DNA of 64,000 bases from Eledone cirrhosa (taxonomy: Eukaryota): positions 29,202,001 through 29,266,000 of the forward strand of contig OZ024764.1 in the NCBI GenBank assembly GCA_964016885.1, in the 5' to 3' direction. The notes below the pieces were generated by a model. That model saw nothing but the letters and a program-made list of their open reading frames with translations. It ran no database searches and was not told where the DNA came from. Within the stretch, counting starts at the first letter, position 1. Every line of letters starts with the position of its first letter. Position numbers and translations under genes: made by a program. Of this stretch, positions 14,017 through 57,320 are shown one piece after another.

Positions 14017-15441
14017 TATATATATATATATAGAGATATATATATATATATAGAGAGATATATATATATATATAGAGAGATATATATATATATATAGAGA
14101 GATATATATATATAGAGATATATATATATATATATATAGAGATATATATATATATATATAGAGATATATATATATATATAGAGAGATATATATATATATA
14201 TAGAGAGATATATATATATAGAGATATATATATATATATATAGAGAGATATATATATAGAGAGAGATATATATATATATATATATAGAGATATATATATA
14301 TATAGATATATATATATATATAGAGAGATATATATATATAGATATATATATATATAGATATATATATATAGAGATATATATATATAGAGATATATATAGA
14401 TAGATATATATATAGATATATATATAGATATAGATATAGATATATAGATAGATATATAGATATAGATATATAGATATAGATATATAGATATAGATATATA
14501 GATATAGATATATAGATATAGATATATAGATATATAGATATAGATATATAGATATATATATATATAGATATATATATATAGATATATATATATAGATATA
14601 TATATATATAGATATATATATATATAGATATAGATATATATATAGATATATATATATATAGATATATATATATATAGATATATATATATATAGATATAGA
14701 TATAGATAGATATAGATATATATATATATATATATATATATAGATATATATATATATAGATATAGATATATATAGATATAGATATATATATATATATATA
14801 TATATAGATATATATATATAGATATATATATATATAGATATATATATATAGATATATATAGATATATATATATAGATATATATATATAGATATATATAGA
14901 TAGATATATATAGATATATATAGATATATATATATAGATATATAGATATATATAGATATATATAGATATATATAGATATATATAGATATATAGATATATA
15001 TAGATATATATAGATATATATAGATATATAGATATATAGATATATATATAGATATATAGATATATATATAGATATATAGATATATATATAGATATATAGA
15101 TATATATATAGATATATATATAGATATATAGATATATATATAGATATATATATATATATAGATATATATATATATATATAGATATATATATATATATAGA
15201 TATATATATATATATATAGATATATATATAGATATATATATATATATATAGATATATATATATATATATAGATATATATATATAGATATATATATATATA
15301 TATATATAGATATATATATATATATATAGATATATATATATATATAGATATATATATATATATAGATATATATATATATATATAGATATATATATATATA
15401 TATAGATATATATATATATATATAGATATATATATATATAT

Positions 15442-15504
<63 letters not shown>

Positions 15505-15517
15505 TATATATATATAA
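12680..15517. repeat. About 2.8-kb (TA)n/(GA)n compound microsatellite
   Basis: Visible directly; explains the IY-repeat ORFs. Confidence 0.95.
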
Positions 15518-15566
15518 GTATTGAAATTTCCGTTGGAAACAGAAAAGGTCATAGAAGTGAAGAGTG

Positions 15567-15621
<55 letters not shown>

Positions 15622-16743
15622 AGTTCACAAAAGGCTTACCGATACAAATCAAAGCAATCATGGTTGAGAAGGTAGGGGGTGTGATGTACTTTATTAATAA
15701 AAACTAGTTTTACAGTATTAATTCCATGTTGATTCTTAAGGAATCTGGTCACAGACTGATGAATGTGTGATGTTTGAACACTTTTTATACCAAACCACCT
15801 TTGTTAAGTTATGTTCCAAACACTCGCTCCACTCTTTTCATACCAAACCACCCTGAAACCAGTCATGGTTTTATGATACAATACTAAAAACCTTCCATCA
15901 TAATTTTATATAAGAACCTTTAAGTTATGTTCCAAACCACCAGAAATCAATCCTGGTTTTATGATACAAGTCTGTTTTAAAGTGTTTATCTAAACACCTT
16001 CCATCGTAATTTCATATAAGAACCTTTGTTAAGTTATGTTCCAAACATCAACTTAATAATGAGAAAGTTAGTTGTATTACCAACTCAATCAAAATTATTT
16101 ATTATTTTCAAAACAATTTGGAAAGTATAGGGGAGATATCATAATGAAAGGGTTAACATGTTTCTGTGTTTGAATGGTTAAAATGTCTCTTCCACAATGT
16201 AACTGCTTGTACCTACCCATCACACAGATATATATATATTTACACAAAGAGGGGAAAAGACTGGGTAGAAGAGGAACGATGAGATGTAGTGTGCAAGAGA
16301 GAAGAATGCACTGGTAGCGACATGTGATGTGTATGGATGATGATTGTTAGGTGAAGAAGTGGCAAGAGATCCAAGTGGAAGGAAGCTGCAGTAGAGGAAG
16401 GCCATGGAAAGCCTGGTCGGAAGTGGTGAACATGCTGAAGCTCACACAGGAGATGACAAAGGACAGAAATAAGAGGAGAGAAGCTGTACTTGAGGAGAAA
16501 TAAACCTATCCAACCCCATACAAGCATGAAAAAACAGAAACTGAAATAATGATGGAACAAACACACATATATAATTATATATATATATATATATATAATC
16601 GTTTAACGTCCATCCTCCACGCTAGCACAGGTTATATATATATATATATATATCCATACTCATTTTGAGTCTTAGTGTGTAGTCATGTATGTGTGTGTGT
16701 TGTACATGTATATATAAAGATACATACAGATCCACACATATGC

Positions 16744-16790
<47 letters not shown>

Positions 16791-16887
16791 AAGGGATGTC
16801 AATATGAATGGACCTCTTATTTTTATCTTAAGACATTTTTTCCAATTCCAACCCGCCTGTTCCCTCAATCTATCTTATTTCTCATTC

Positions 16888-16926
16888 TTTGTTCTGATGA
16901 AGGACTAGCGTCCGAAACGTTAAGAC
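16888..16926 (+). ncRNA. Minimal hammerhead-like motif of Penelope type
   Basis: CTGATGA-A-GGAC-TAGC-GTCC-GAAACGTT: perfect stem II and palindromic ACGT stem III; stem I is weak. Confidence 0.55.
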
Positions 16927-17015
16927 CCTCTTCCTGCTATATCAAGTGTTAACCTAATATATCCCTTCCATATACTGTACTGATTGTGGTGTTATTTTTG
17001 TTTACCTTTTATATA

Positions 17016-17525
17016 TGATGGCTGTAACTCAATTTTGAGTAATGCCATCACAGACGTGGCTTTTTAGTCCTGCTAGGGGCTTACTTATGGCCAGCAATAC
17101 CATACATTGGAAAAACATGTCACACATCAAGTGGTGCTTGTGCTTGGAACTTTTTTAAGTGAGGAAAGGCTTTACATGGGGCCAATCCAACTCTCTCAAC
17201 ATCAAATGCATTTGCCCCAAAAGAACTGGTCTACATCATTGGACGCAAATGAAGTCGCAGGTTTTATATCAGAGTGAGCTTCTAGAGAGATGTCTTAATG
17301 AAGACTAGGGGGTCTCTCACTCCACACACAAAAAAGAAAAAACAAAAAACTTTATTGGATGGCTGTTGAGTCCCTCCACCCATTGACAAGCTTTGTCTTT
17401 CATTTGCAAGGTATCCCAAATCGCCCTCCTCACCAAGTAAGCTAAGTGGGGTTGTCAGTTTAGTTGTCGACGACCTCACTATGCACAAATGTAGTGGCTC
17501 AATATACATCAGATTTGCCAACTCA
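17016..17525. repeat. Unclassified dispersed repeat of about 500 bp, second copy at about 43410-43848
   Basis: Shared blocks such as CATGTCACACATCAAGTGGTGCTTGTGCTT and TTCTAGAGAGATGTCTTAATGAAGACTAGGGGGTCTCTCACTCCAC. Confidence 0.75.
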
Positions 17526-17778
17526 GTATTGTTCCTCCAATTTTACTAATTTCTTACTCTACTTCGATAAAAGATTTTAAATGAAACATCAAATCTTTAC
17601 TTCACTTTCTATTTGGTGTAAATATTTCTACTCTACACATATTGTACTTCAAAAATGTTATCAAACATTTTTTGCACTTTTTGTTTTAATTTTGACCTAC
17701 ACACACATCTATCTATTTATATATCTATCTATATATCTATCTATATCTATATATATATATGAAGTTTAATATAGAAAT

Positions 17779-17830
17779 GGCTTCTACAGTACTAGAACTG
17801 TTTCATTCAGAAGAAATCATTAGGAAAGCC
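17779..17830 (-). ncRNA. Hammerhead relic with core mutation (CTAATGA); truncated relative at 52949-52992 (-)
   Basis: Minus strand reads GGCTTTC-CTAATGA-TTTC-TTCT-GAAT-GAA-ACAGT-TCTAGT-ACTGT-A-GAAGCC; all three stems are present. Confidence 0.5.
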
Positions 17831-17868
17831 AGATTTCTTTTGAATGTAACAGAAGCCTTCTATATTAA

Positions 17869-18339
17869 CCCTTTAGCATTTACATTTCTATATATATACT
17901 ATTGTATTTTCACAGTAAAGGCTTTACCTCACATAATATCTCACATAACATTTACATTACTCTATATATACTATTGTATTTTCACAGTAAAGGCTTTACC
18001 TTACATAACATTTACATTACTCTATATATACTATTGTATTTTCACAGTAAAGGCTTTACCTCACATAACATTTACATTACTCTATATATACTATTGTATT
18101 TTCACAACAAAGGCTTTACCTCACATAATATCTCACATAACATTTACATTACTCTATATATACTATTGTATTTTCACAACAAAGGCTTTACCTCACATAA
18201 TATCTCACCTATGAGATTTTGAAAGTATTTATTTTGAGAACAATACCTTAACATCAGTTTGAGTGACCAGTTACAACCAGTTTCAACAGAAAAAGGTAGA
18301 GAATTCTGGCCGGTTTTCACCGGTTTGAACATTAAAGGG
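17869..18339 (-). mobile_element. piggyBac-like MITE family A
   Basis: TTAA|CCCTTTAGCATTTAC...TAAAGGG|TTAA with a few internal 60/72-bp units. Confidence 0.8.
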
Positions 18340-18936
18340 TTAAACATGGTCTTTACACTCTACTAATATATTGAGTATTTTACTAACTGCGGTTACTCCC
18401 AATTGAACCCAGGACTCACATACACATATATTCACCAGTTGTTGTTTAGCTCCAGCTCAGCTCAGATACAATAGACTTGTATTAAAGGTATCCCAACCAT
18501 GACCATCCCACACTATATTGTCCAATGGCTGTATGCAGGTTTGGTTTAGAATGTGTGTGAACAAATGAAATTTAAGACTTGTTTCACAATCCATAATGAT
18601 TGCAGAGCCCCACTGGTGCTGACAGGTTGTATTGTTGGGAGCGGTGGAGGAGATTGTAGTGTAGTGGAGTGGTGATGGTGGTGACAACCAAGATGTTGAT
18701 GAAGAGGATGATGGTGGTAGTTGTGGTGATGGTAGTGATGATGATGGTGGTGGTGGTGGCTGAGGTGATGATGGTGGTTGTGGTGGTGGTGTAAATTGAA
18801 AGAGTTTAGGGGGACTGGAGAAGGGTGAGGGGACTGTAGAAACAGAGAGAGTGAAAGAGAAAATGCAAAATTCAATCGTTAAATAATTTTATATACAGTT
18901 TATCTATATCTATATATACATGTGTGCATGTGTGTG

Positions 18937-19008
<72 letters not shown>

Positions 19009-19075
19009 AATACATATATATATACATATATAAATACATATATATATATACATATATACATATATGTATATATAT

Positions 19076-19120
<45 letters not shown>

Positions 19121-19393
19121 CAAATATACATATACATATATAAATATACATATATACATATATATACATATATAAATATACATATATATATATATATACA
19201 TATATAAATATACATATATATATATATACATATATACATATACATATATACATATACATATATATATACATATACATATACATACACATATACATATATA
19301 CACATATACATATATACACATATACATATATATATATATATATATATGTATACATATATATATGTATACATATATGTATACATATATCTATAC

Positions 19394-19432
<39 letters not shown>

Positions 19433-19603
19433 CAGACATATATATATATATATATACATAAATATACATATGTATATATATATATATATATACATACATA
19501 TATATATCCACACATATATAAACATATACACACACACATATATATACATATGTATGTATATATACACACATATAGATATATATATACATATACACACACA
19601 TAG

Positions 19604-19637
<34 letters not shown>

Positions 19638-19640
19638 ATG

Positions 19641-19711
<71 letters not shown>

Positions 19712-19716
19712 GTATT

Positions 19717-19747
<31 letters not shown>

Positions 19748-19817
19748 GAATATATATATGTACATACATATATATATATATATGTATATATATATGAATA
19801 TGTATATATATATGTGT

Positions 19818-19861
<44 letters not shown>

Positions 19862-20208
19862 TTATTATTTCAAATTTATTATTACTATATATAAATATAT
19901 ATATGTATATATCATCATATATATATATATACGTACATACATACATACATACATACATACATACATACACATATCTATACCTACATACATGTATATATCC
20001 ATACATACATGTATATATATACACCTATCTGTATGAGTTGCTGTGTGTCTCACCTTGCAGTCATGTGGTTACACACACACCACACACATCTCATACACAC
20101 ACACACCACACACATCTCATACACACACCACACACACACACTAAAAAAATTGCCCCCGACACCACAAAACGACATGCAACTATTCCGACCAAACCGTAAA
20201 AAAAACTT

Positions 20209-49169
<28,961 letters not shown>

Positions 49170-49237
49170 CACTGCATCTGGCTATGGGATAGCGCCCACT
49201 GGAAAGAGAAAGACAGAGAGTGAGAGAGAGACAAACA

Positions 49238-50090
49238 TGTTATAGCTAAGATAAGAACAGGCTGGAAGAAGTTTAGAGATTTATTACTATTACCACTGTG
49301 GAGGCACATGGCGTAGTGGTTAGAGCATTGGCCTTGCAATCGAAAGGTGAGTTCAATTCTCAGACCGGGTGATGTGTTGTTTCCTTGAGCAAGACACTTT
49401 ATTTCACATTGCTCCAGTTTACTCAGCTGTAGAAATGAGATGATAGGGACTGGGGTCCCTATCATTCCACTGCAACGTGGTCGTGGAGGTGCCACGGCAA
49501 AAAAGCACCCAGCACTCACTGTAAATGAGGTTGGTGTTAGGAAGGGCATCCAGCTGTAGAAATCAAGCCAGCATCAGTTCCCGTCCCACCCTTGCAAGCA
49601 GGGAAAAGCGGACGTAAAATGAAATCAATCATGAAATCATCACTGCTAACAACAGTCTACCTTTCTCTCTGAGAGAAGGGTAGACTGTATTATGCCTCTG
49701 TGTGAACTGCAATGTTACATGGCAATGAAACAAGGCCTTGACTGCAGAGGCTAGAAAGAAACAAGTCAAGTATTCTCTCATGGATGTGTAATGTTAGTCT
49801 GCATGAGTGACACAGCATAAGTGAACTGAGAGAAAATGGATGTAGTGTGTATGAGAGAAGACTGAGTTGGTATGGACATGTGATAAACATGGAAGATCAC
49901 AACTGCATAAAGAAATGCAGAGAAAAAAGCCCAATGGCTGGGATCCATGGAAGAGGCAGACCCAGGAAGACATGGGATGAGGTTGTGAATACTGACCTTA
50001 AAAAAACTAAACTTCTCAACAGAAATCACTAAAGACAGTGAAGGCTAGTGCTAAGCAGTACTGAAGACGACCCAACCTGCAGCATACAAT
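49238..50090 (+). mobile_element. Degenerate RTE LINE fragment interrupted by a family 2 SINE (about 49299-49625)
   Basis: ERRLSWYGHV...GRGRPRKTWDEVV; SINE head at about 49300. Confidence 0.75.
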
Positions 50091-50424
50091 GTGACTTACC
50101 CTACCCCATACCATGCCCTTCCACTAGCTTTCTCCAACAGTTATTCTCAACTGATCTTGCTAAAAACAAAGGATTAGAAGCACCCATTAGTTGTGTTAAA
50201 GATATGACAACCACTCCTGTGCACTCGGTGGAAAGTCCACCATAGTTAAGCGAGACACAGATCCCTGGTCTGCCTGAGAGATCAGTGGGTATGCTTCAGT
50301 ACTGAGTTGGTCTTCAAAGACCTGTCCAGCCCTTGCTAGCAGATGTTAAAACGATGATGATGATAATGACACATACATACATACATATATAATTTTACTT
50401 CAATCACTAGAGAATGAAACAGTA

Positions 50425-51636
50425 TTGGATATTGAGTACTTCATGGGGCGGGATATTTTAGTGCACTACACTTAGGTATTGGGGACTTCGAAGAGTGGGA
50501 TATTTTGATACACTACACTTAGGTATTGAGTACTTCATGGGACGGGATATTTTAGTGCACTACACTTATATATTAAGTACTTCATAGAGTGGGATATTTT
50601 GATACACTATACTTAGGTATTGAGTACTTCAGAGAGCGGGATATTTTGATACACTACACTTAGGTATTGAGTACATCAGAGCATGGGATATTTTGATACA
50701 CTATACTTAGGTATTGAGTACTTCGGAGAGCGGGATATTTTGATACAGTACACTTAGGTATTGAGTACATCAGAGCACGGGATATTTTGATACACTACAC
50801 TTAGGTATTGAGTACTTCAGAGAGCGGGATATTTTGATACACTACATGTAGGTATTGAGTACATCAGAGCACGGGATATTTTGATACACTACACTTAGGT
50901 ATTGAGTACTTCAGAGCGCGGGATATTTTGATACACTATACTTAGGTATTGAGTACTTCAGAGAGCGGGATATTTTGATACACTACACTTAGGTATTGAG
51001 TACTTCAGAGAGCGGGATATTTTGATACACTACACTTAGGTATTGAGTACTTCAGAGAGCGGGATATTTTGATACACTATACTTAGGTATTGAGTACATC
51101 AGAGCACGGGATATTTTGATACACTATACTTAGGTATTGAGTACTTCAGAGCACGGGATATTTTGATACACTACACTTAGGTATTGAGTACATCAGAGCA
51201 CGGGATATTTTGATACACTACACTTAGGTATTGAGTACTTCAGAGCGCAGGATATTTTGATACACTATACTTAGGTATTGAGTACTTCAGAGAGCGGGAT
51301 ATTTTGATACACTATACTTAGGTATTGAGTACTTCAGAGCGCGGGATATTTTGATACACTACACTTAGGTATTGAGTACTTCGGAGAGTGGGATATTTTG
51401 ATACACTATACTTAGGTATTGAGTACTTCAGAGCACGGGATATTTTGATACACTACACTTAGGTATTGAGTACTTCAGAGAGCGGGATATTTTGATACAC
51501 TACACTTAGGTATTGAGTACTTCAGAGCGCAGGATATTTTGATACACTACACTTAGGTATTGAGTACTTCAGAGCGCAGGATATTTTGATACACTACACT
51601 TAGGTATTGAGTACTTCGGAGCGCGGGATATTTTAG
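50425..51636. repeat. 47-bp minisatellite (about 26 copies)
   Basis: Unit GGGATATTTTGATACACTACACTTAGGTATTGAGTACTTCAGAGAGC. Confidence 0.92.
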
Positions 51637-52048
51637 TCTTGAAACGAAATATGTTGCCAGTTTCGTTGGGTTTTAACAAAAACAGGTTTGGGTGTAAATA
51701 AACTGTTAATGCGTATATATCAATATATACACACACACACATCTATATATATATATATATATATATAGCTGAGATCTAGCTGTCGAAACGGCCGGAGCTC
51801 AGCCGTCGAGGTCTGGACTCTTTTCCTATATATATATATATATACACGCACACATATAAACGGTTAATGCGTATGTATCAATACACACATGTGTGTGTAT
51901 ATGTGTGTAAATCCAATTTGAAAATGCAGGTCGCTCATATATATGTGTATGCGTATATATATATATATATATATATATAATATCAAAAGATGGTTAAAAG
52001 AGTTCCATGTTTTATTGTACTACAATAAAACTCACCTCCTACATACAT

Positions 52049-52106
<58 letters not shown>

Positions 52107-52265
52107 ATAATACATTTGAAGACTAAAATCCAAAGAGGGCTCGAAAAGGATAAATATATATCAAATACATAAGAACCGTAGAGCAAATATTTCAGAAGAT
52201 CCCGTTAAGGGTGAAAGCAGCGATTCTTTGCTTAAACTTTAATCTGTTATTTTAATAAATATATA

Positions 52266-52304
<39 letters not shown>

Positions 52305-52386
52305 TAAAATAACAGATTAAAGTGAGCCAATGCTCTGATACCATCAACACTATAAACACAGAGCTGGCATATCTAAGAACTGACTA

Positions 52387-52449
52387 ACTACCTGATGAGG
52401 TCATAGCCATTCAATGGGTATCATCGAAATATATATAGCAGTAAATAAA
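52387..52449 (+). ncRNA. Type I hammerhead ribozyme motif
   Basis: Stem I ACTAC/GCAGT (4 of 5); CTGATGA at 52392-52398; stem II GGTCATAGCCATT/AATGGGTATCATC (11 of 13); GAA; ATATATAT; site after 52437; AATAAA at 52444. Confidence 0.65.
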
Positions 52450-52481
52450 GGATTGAGTTCACGCAATTGACTCATGTTTCG

Positions 52482-52516
<35 letters not shown>

Positions 52517-52608
52517 CCAAAGATTAATATGGTTCATTGAGTACTCAATGAATATAGTTTTACAATAGATTAAAAGCACTCTACAAAAAAAGTTTTCTGG
52601 AGTTATTA

Positions 52609-52826
52609 ATATTATTCAAAATATTAATAAATGAAGACGTTCACATAATCAAAATATGTTTTATTATATATATTTCGGAGGTACTGTGCTGTTTTTTCAG
52701 TACGTCCTCATCAATTCATATATTTTATCTGATGAGGACGTACTGAAAAAACAGCACAGTACCTCCGAAATATATATAATAAAACATATTTTGATTATGT
52801 GAACGTCTTCATTTATTAATATTTTG

Positions 52827-52834
<8 letters not shown>
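52609..52834. repeat. Perfect inverted repeat, 105-bp arms, 16-nt spacer
   Basis: 52609-52713 is the exact reverse complement of 52730-52834. Confidence 0.93.
52723..52784 (+). ncRNA. Type I hammerhead ribozyme motif (Penelope/retrozyme-like minimal form)
   Basis: Stem I TTTTAT/ATAAAA; core CTGATGA at 52729-52735; stem II GGACGTACTG/CAGTACCTCC (9 of 10 pairs); GAA; palindromic stem III ATATATAT; AUA site after 52778. Confidence 0.75.
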
Positions 52835-52864
<30 letters not shown>

Positions 52865-53524
52865 AAGTTATTCCGGGTTTAATGGGAGATAACCACAGTA
52901 AGTAAGGTACTCAATACATAGCAGAGTATAAATGTTTTAATATAGAAGAGCTTCTACAGGACTAGAACTGTTTCATTCGTGAGAAATCATCTATATATAT
53001 ATAATTTATTTACATTATAACTATTTTATCTAATGAACGAGCTGGACGTAAAGATTGTCTTGTTTCCTGAAACCTTTGGTAATGGAATAATTATATTGTG
53101 CTGTTTATTATGTATTTAAATAGCTCTGTACTATACGTAGAGCACTCTTCTTTCCTTTACCTTTACTACGGAAATACTTACACACATATATATATATATA
53201 TATAGGAGAAAGTATGACCCCGACGGCAGAGCTCAAGCCGTTTCGACGGCTATTAGTCCAGAAATAGCCGTCGAAACGGCTTGAGCGCTGCCGTCAGGGT
53301 CATACTTTCTATTACCCACTCTACTACCCTAAGTATTGAGTACTCGGGTATGTTATAGTCCATCTGGTTCCTTACCACAACTCCTTCGTTATATATATAT
53401 ATATATACACACACAGAGAGAGTTTGGTAACATACCAAGTGGACCATAACTCACGAGAATACTCAATACTTAGGATAGTAGAGTAGGGTCCTGAATTTTC
53501 CTATATATATATATATCTATATAT

Positions 53525-53565
<41 letters not shown>

Positions 53566-53666
53566 CAAAATATTAATAAATGAAAACTATTCTCATAACC
53601 AAAATATATTTTATTATACATATTTCAAAGGTACAATGGTGTTTAAGTACGTTTCATCAGACACAC

Positions 53667-53697
<31 letters not shown>

Positions 53698-53861
53698 CAT
53701 ATATATATAGGAATTGCAACGTCCAGTTACTGTAGGGTCACCGACGATCCGGGCCAGATCGAACCTTGAGCTGATCAATCGCGAAACACGCGTCACAACT
53801 AAATAAACGTAATGAAAGCCTAACACTTCGTCCTTTTTTATTATTAGTTTATATATATATA

Positions 53862-53932
<71 letters not shown>

Positions 53933-54341
53933 GTGAATGTGTGTGTGTATACATACATATATGTATGTATAACCAATATATTTACGTAAGTATATATATA
54001 TATAGTTGTAAGTATAAATATAGTTGACGTTTTGTATTTATAATATATACATATATATCTGTCTGGAGGGTGTATACATAGATATACACGCACACACGCA
54101 TATATATATATATATATATATACATGTAAATATAATCTCCCCCCCCCTCCTCTCTCTGTATATATATATATATATGTATATATATACACAAACACACGTA
54201 TATAAAGATCGCCCATACACATATGTATATATATGGAAATCAATGCAAAAATCAACATTATACATATCTATATATACACATATATACACACACAACCAAA
54301 ATGTAACTAGGTGCCCCGACAGAAGCTATATATATATGCAT

Positions 54342-54383
<42 letters not shown>

Positions 54384-54668
54384 ATGTATATATATATATA
54401 TATATACATGCAATTTATAAAAATAAACACACTCATACATATATATATGTGTGTGAGTGAGTTTATTTTTATAAATTGCATGTATATATATATATACATA
54501 CACACACACACATATATATATATATATATCCGTATGCATATATATATACATATATAGAGAGAAATGTCTATATATATGTGTGTGTATGTGTGTATATATG
54601 TCTAAATAAATGTTTATATATATATGTGTGTGTATATATATAAGTCTATGTAAATGTTTATACATGTG

Positions 54669-54703
<35 letters not shown>

Positions 54704-55582
54704 GAAATGGTGTATATATCTTATCAAATGATTCTATGGACATACTTTATAGTGTATATATATATATATATACACACCCGATCACAACATCAAACTGTGT
54801 CATATATCAGGCCAGGGAAATTTAAATTCATATTTATATCACAACAATAACCAGCAACGAACCAATATCAATTAAATATTATATATATATATATATATCT
54901 GTGTGTGTATATATATATACACACACTCATTTATATATATATAGGTAAATATATATATAAATATACGCATATATATATATATATGCACACACACATATAT
55001 ATACACATATGATGATGATGTATATACAACTATATATATATATACATCTCTATATATATATATCTATATCTATATATACATCTATCTATCTATATATACA
55101 TCTATCTATCTCTATATATATACATCTATATATTTATATATATATACATCTATATATATATATATATATACATCTATCTATATATATATATATACATCTA
55201 TCTATATATATATATATACATCTATCTATATATATATATATACATCTATCTATATATATATATATACATCTATCTATATATATATATATATATATATATA
55301 CATCTATATATATATATACATATACATCTATATATATATATACATCTATCTATATATATATATATATACATCTATATATATATATACACATCTATATATA
55401 TATATATATACACATCGATATATGCACATCTATATGTATATATACACATCTATATATATATATATATACATCTCTATATATATATATACACATCTATATA
55501 TATGTATACACATCTATATATATATATACATCGATATATACACATCTATATATATATACACATATGATGATGATATATATAC

Positions 55583-55655
<73 letters not shown>

Positions 55656-56047
55656 TATAAATATGTGTGTGTGTATAAACCCAACAAGTTACTCTACTAA
55701 CCTTTTCTGGGAGGGAAAGCCTTAATTTGTTGGTAAAACCTTATTATTTTGGTTATTTTCCTTGTTGAAAATCAGAAATCCAGAGAATTAATAAGAGAGC
55801 TGGTTAATCCATGAAGAAATGGTGTATATAATAATTATATATATGTAAATATAATATATCTAGAGAAGGCGAAACTGAGAGAGAGGAGAGACAGTTTCTG
55901 TATATGTTTGGTTGGTGATCAGCCATGCTGGAACTGGGAGGGGGCTGAGGGTTGAAGCTATATATACACACATATATACATACATATATATATATATATA
56001 TACACACATATATATATATACACACACATATATTTATATATATATGA

Positions 56048-56081
<34 letters not shown>

Positions 56082-56290
56082 GGGTGTGTGTATATAATGT
56101 ATTTATAAATCTATATTATATTTATAGAGAAACATTATATATATATATATAATGTTTCCACATATATATATATATTAACAGAAATATATTTTTTAAATTA
56201 AAAAATCAAGCAACTAACCTTAAAAAACAAGGAAATTATATATACACATATATACGTACAATATACATATATACACACATACACATATGA

Positions 56291-56338
<48 letters not shown>

Positions 56339-56366
56339 GTGTGTGTGTATGTATGTATATCTTTGG

Positions 56367-56400
<34 letters not shown>

Positions 56401-56436
56401 GTGTATATATATGTATATGTGTGCAATTAACTCAAC

Positions 56437-57320
56437 CAGCCTTTCTGTTTGCCTGTCTGTCTGCTTGTTTTAAAAAGGGGTTGTTACCAAAAATAGGAAC
56501 CGGTCCGAGGGTTTCATACGGCCACGGAACGGAACGGAGGGGAGAGATATTAGATAGGCAGATAGATAAACATGAAGGAAGGTGTTGATGGTCGTCGTGT
56601 ATGGCACGGTTGGGTGGATGATCTGCATTGTATTGCATAGTAAGAAAAAACCGTCCGTCTCTGTAGAGTTTGGTGCAATCGTCGCCGTCCAGGATTTTTT
56701 TGTTTTGGGGAGTTTTTTAAAGTTTTAAGTTAGTTTTCGTTCCGGTTTGTCATTATAACAACCACCCGCACTCTCTTTATGATGTCTGCCTGTCTCTCTT
56801 TAGCAATCAACCGACTGACAAAGTTTGTTTGTCTTTTTAAGAACTGTGGCGGACCAGTAGCTTTCAGCTAGCATCGAATTAAATACAAGCATGTCATGCC
56901 AACCCAGCAAAATTGTCGCCATGGCTATTGCCAGCGATAGAACGACATGAAAATTCTCAGATCGCCATCTCTACGAATCGTTCCGCCGTGCGCTGCTTGG
57001 TTTTATAGCCAGGCGCCACAATGGCTTTCACTACACACCAAGTGTGTGAACCCGAACCTTTTCAAACCAATAAAGCCGACCTTGGCGACCCTTAACAGGG
57101 ACCGAAATACATAAAATAGGCAACATTAGTCCTTAATCTACAATACTATGGCAGAAAGGGGTGGAATAAAGGGCTGCAAACTGTAGAAAAACGGATTCGA
57201 AAATTGCCCAGTGCGACGTACGTGGCATGGATAGACATGGCTGATATTTGGGGACGACAGATTCTACAGCACGGAGCTTACTTCAACAGCATATCAATAA
57301 AGAAATAAATCAAAACTACG
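56437..57320. promoter_or_regulatory. Probable bidirectional promoter and first non-coding exons of PCIF1 (-) and C5orf22 (+)
   Basis: Unique, CpG-richer island between divergent genes. YY1-like CGCCAT at about 56917 and 56963, CCAAT at about 57067, candidate + strand donor GAC|gtacgt at 57217/57218. Confidence 0.55.

Noticed and set aside
12823-15552. 909-aa Ile/Tyr ORF and similar IY/CV/TH ORFs elsewhere
   Set aside because: (TA)n/(CA)n microsatellites lack stops by composition.
49299-49375. tRNA-like sequence with A and B boxes
   Set aside because: Head of a multi-copy SINE that continues into core and LINE tail; not a tRNA gene.
53724-53808. GAAACACGCGTC plus AATAAA (and CTGAAGA at about 5198) as hammerhead relics
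   Set aside because: Core or stems too degenerate to support a call.
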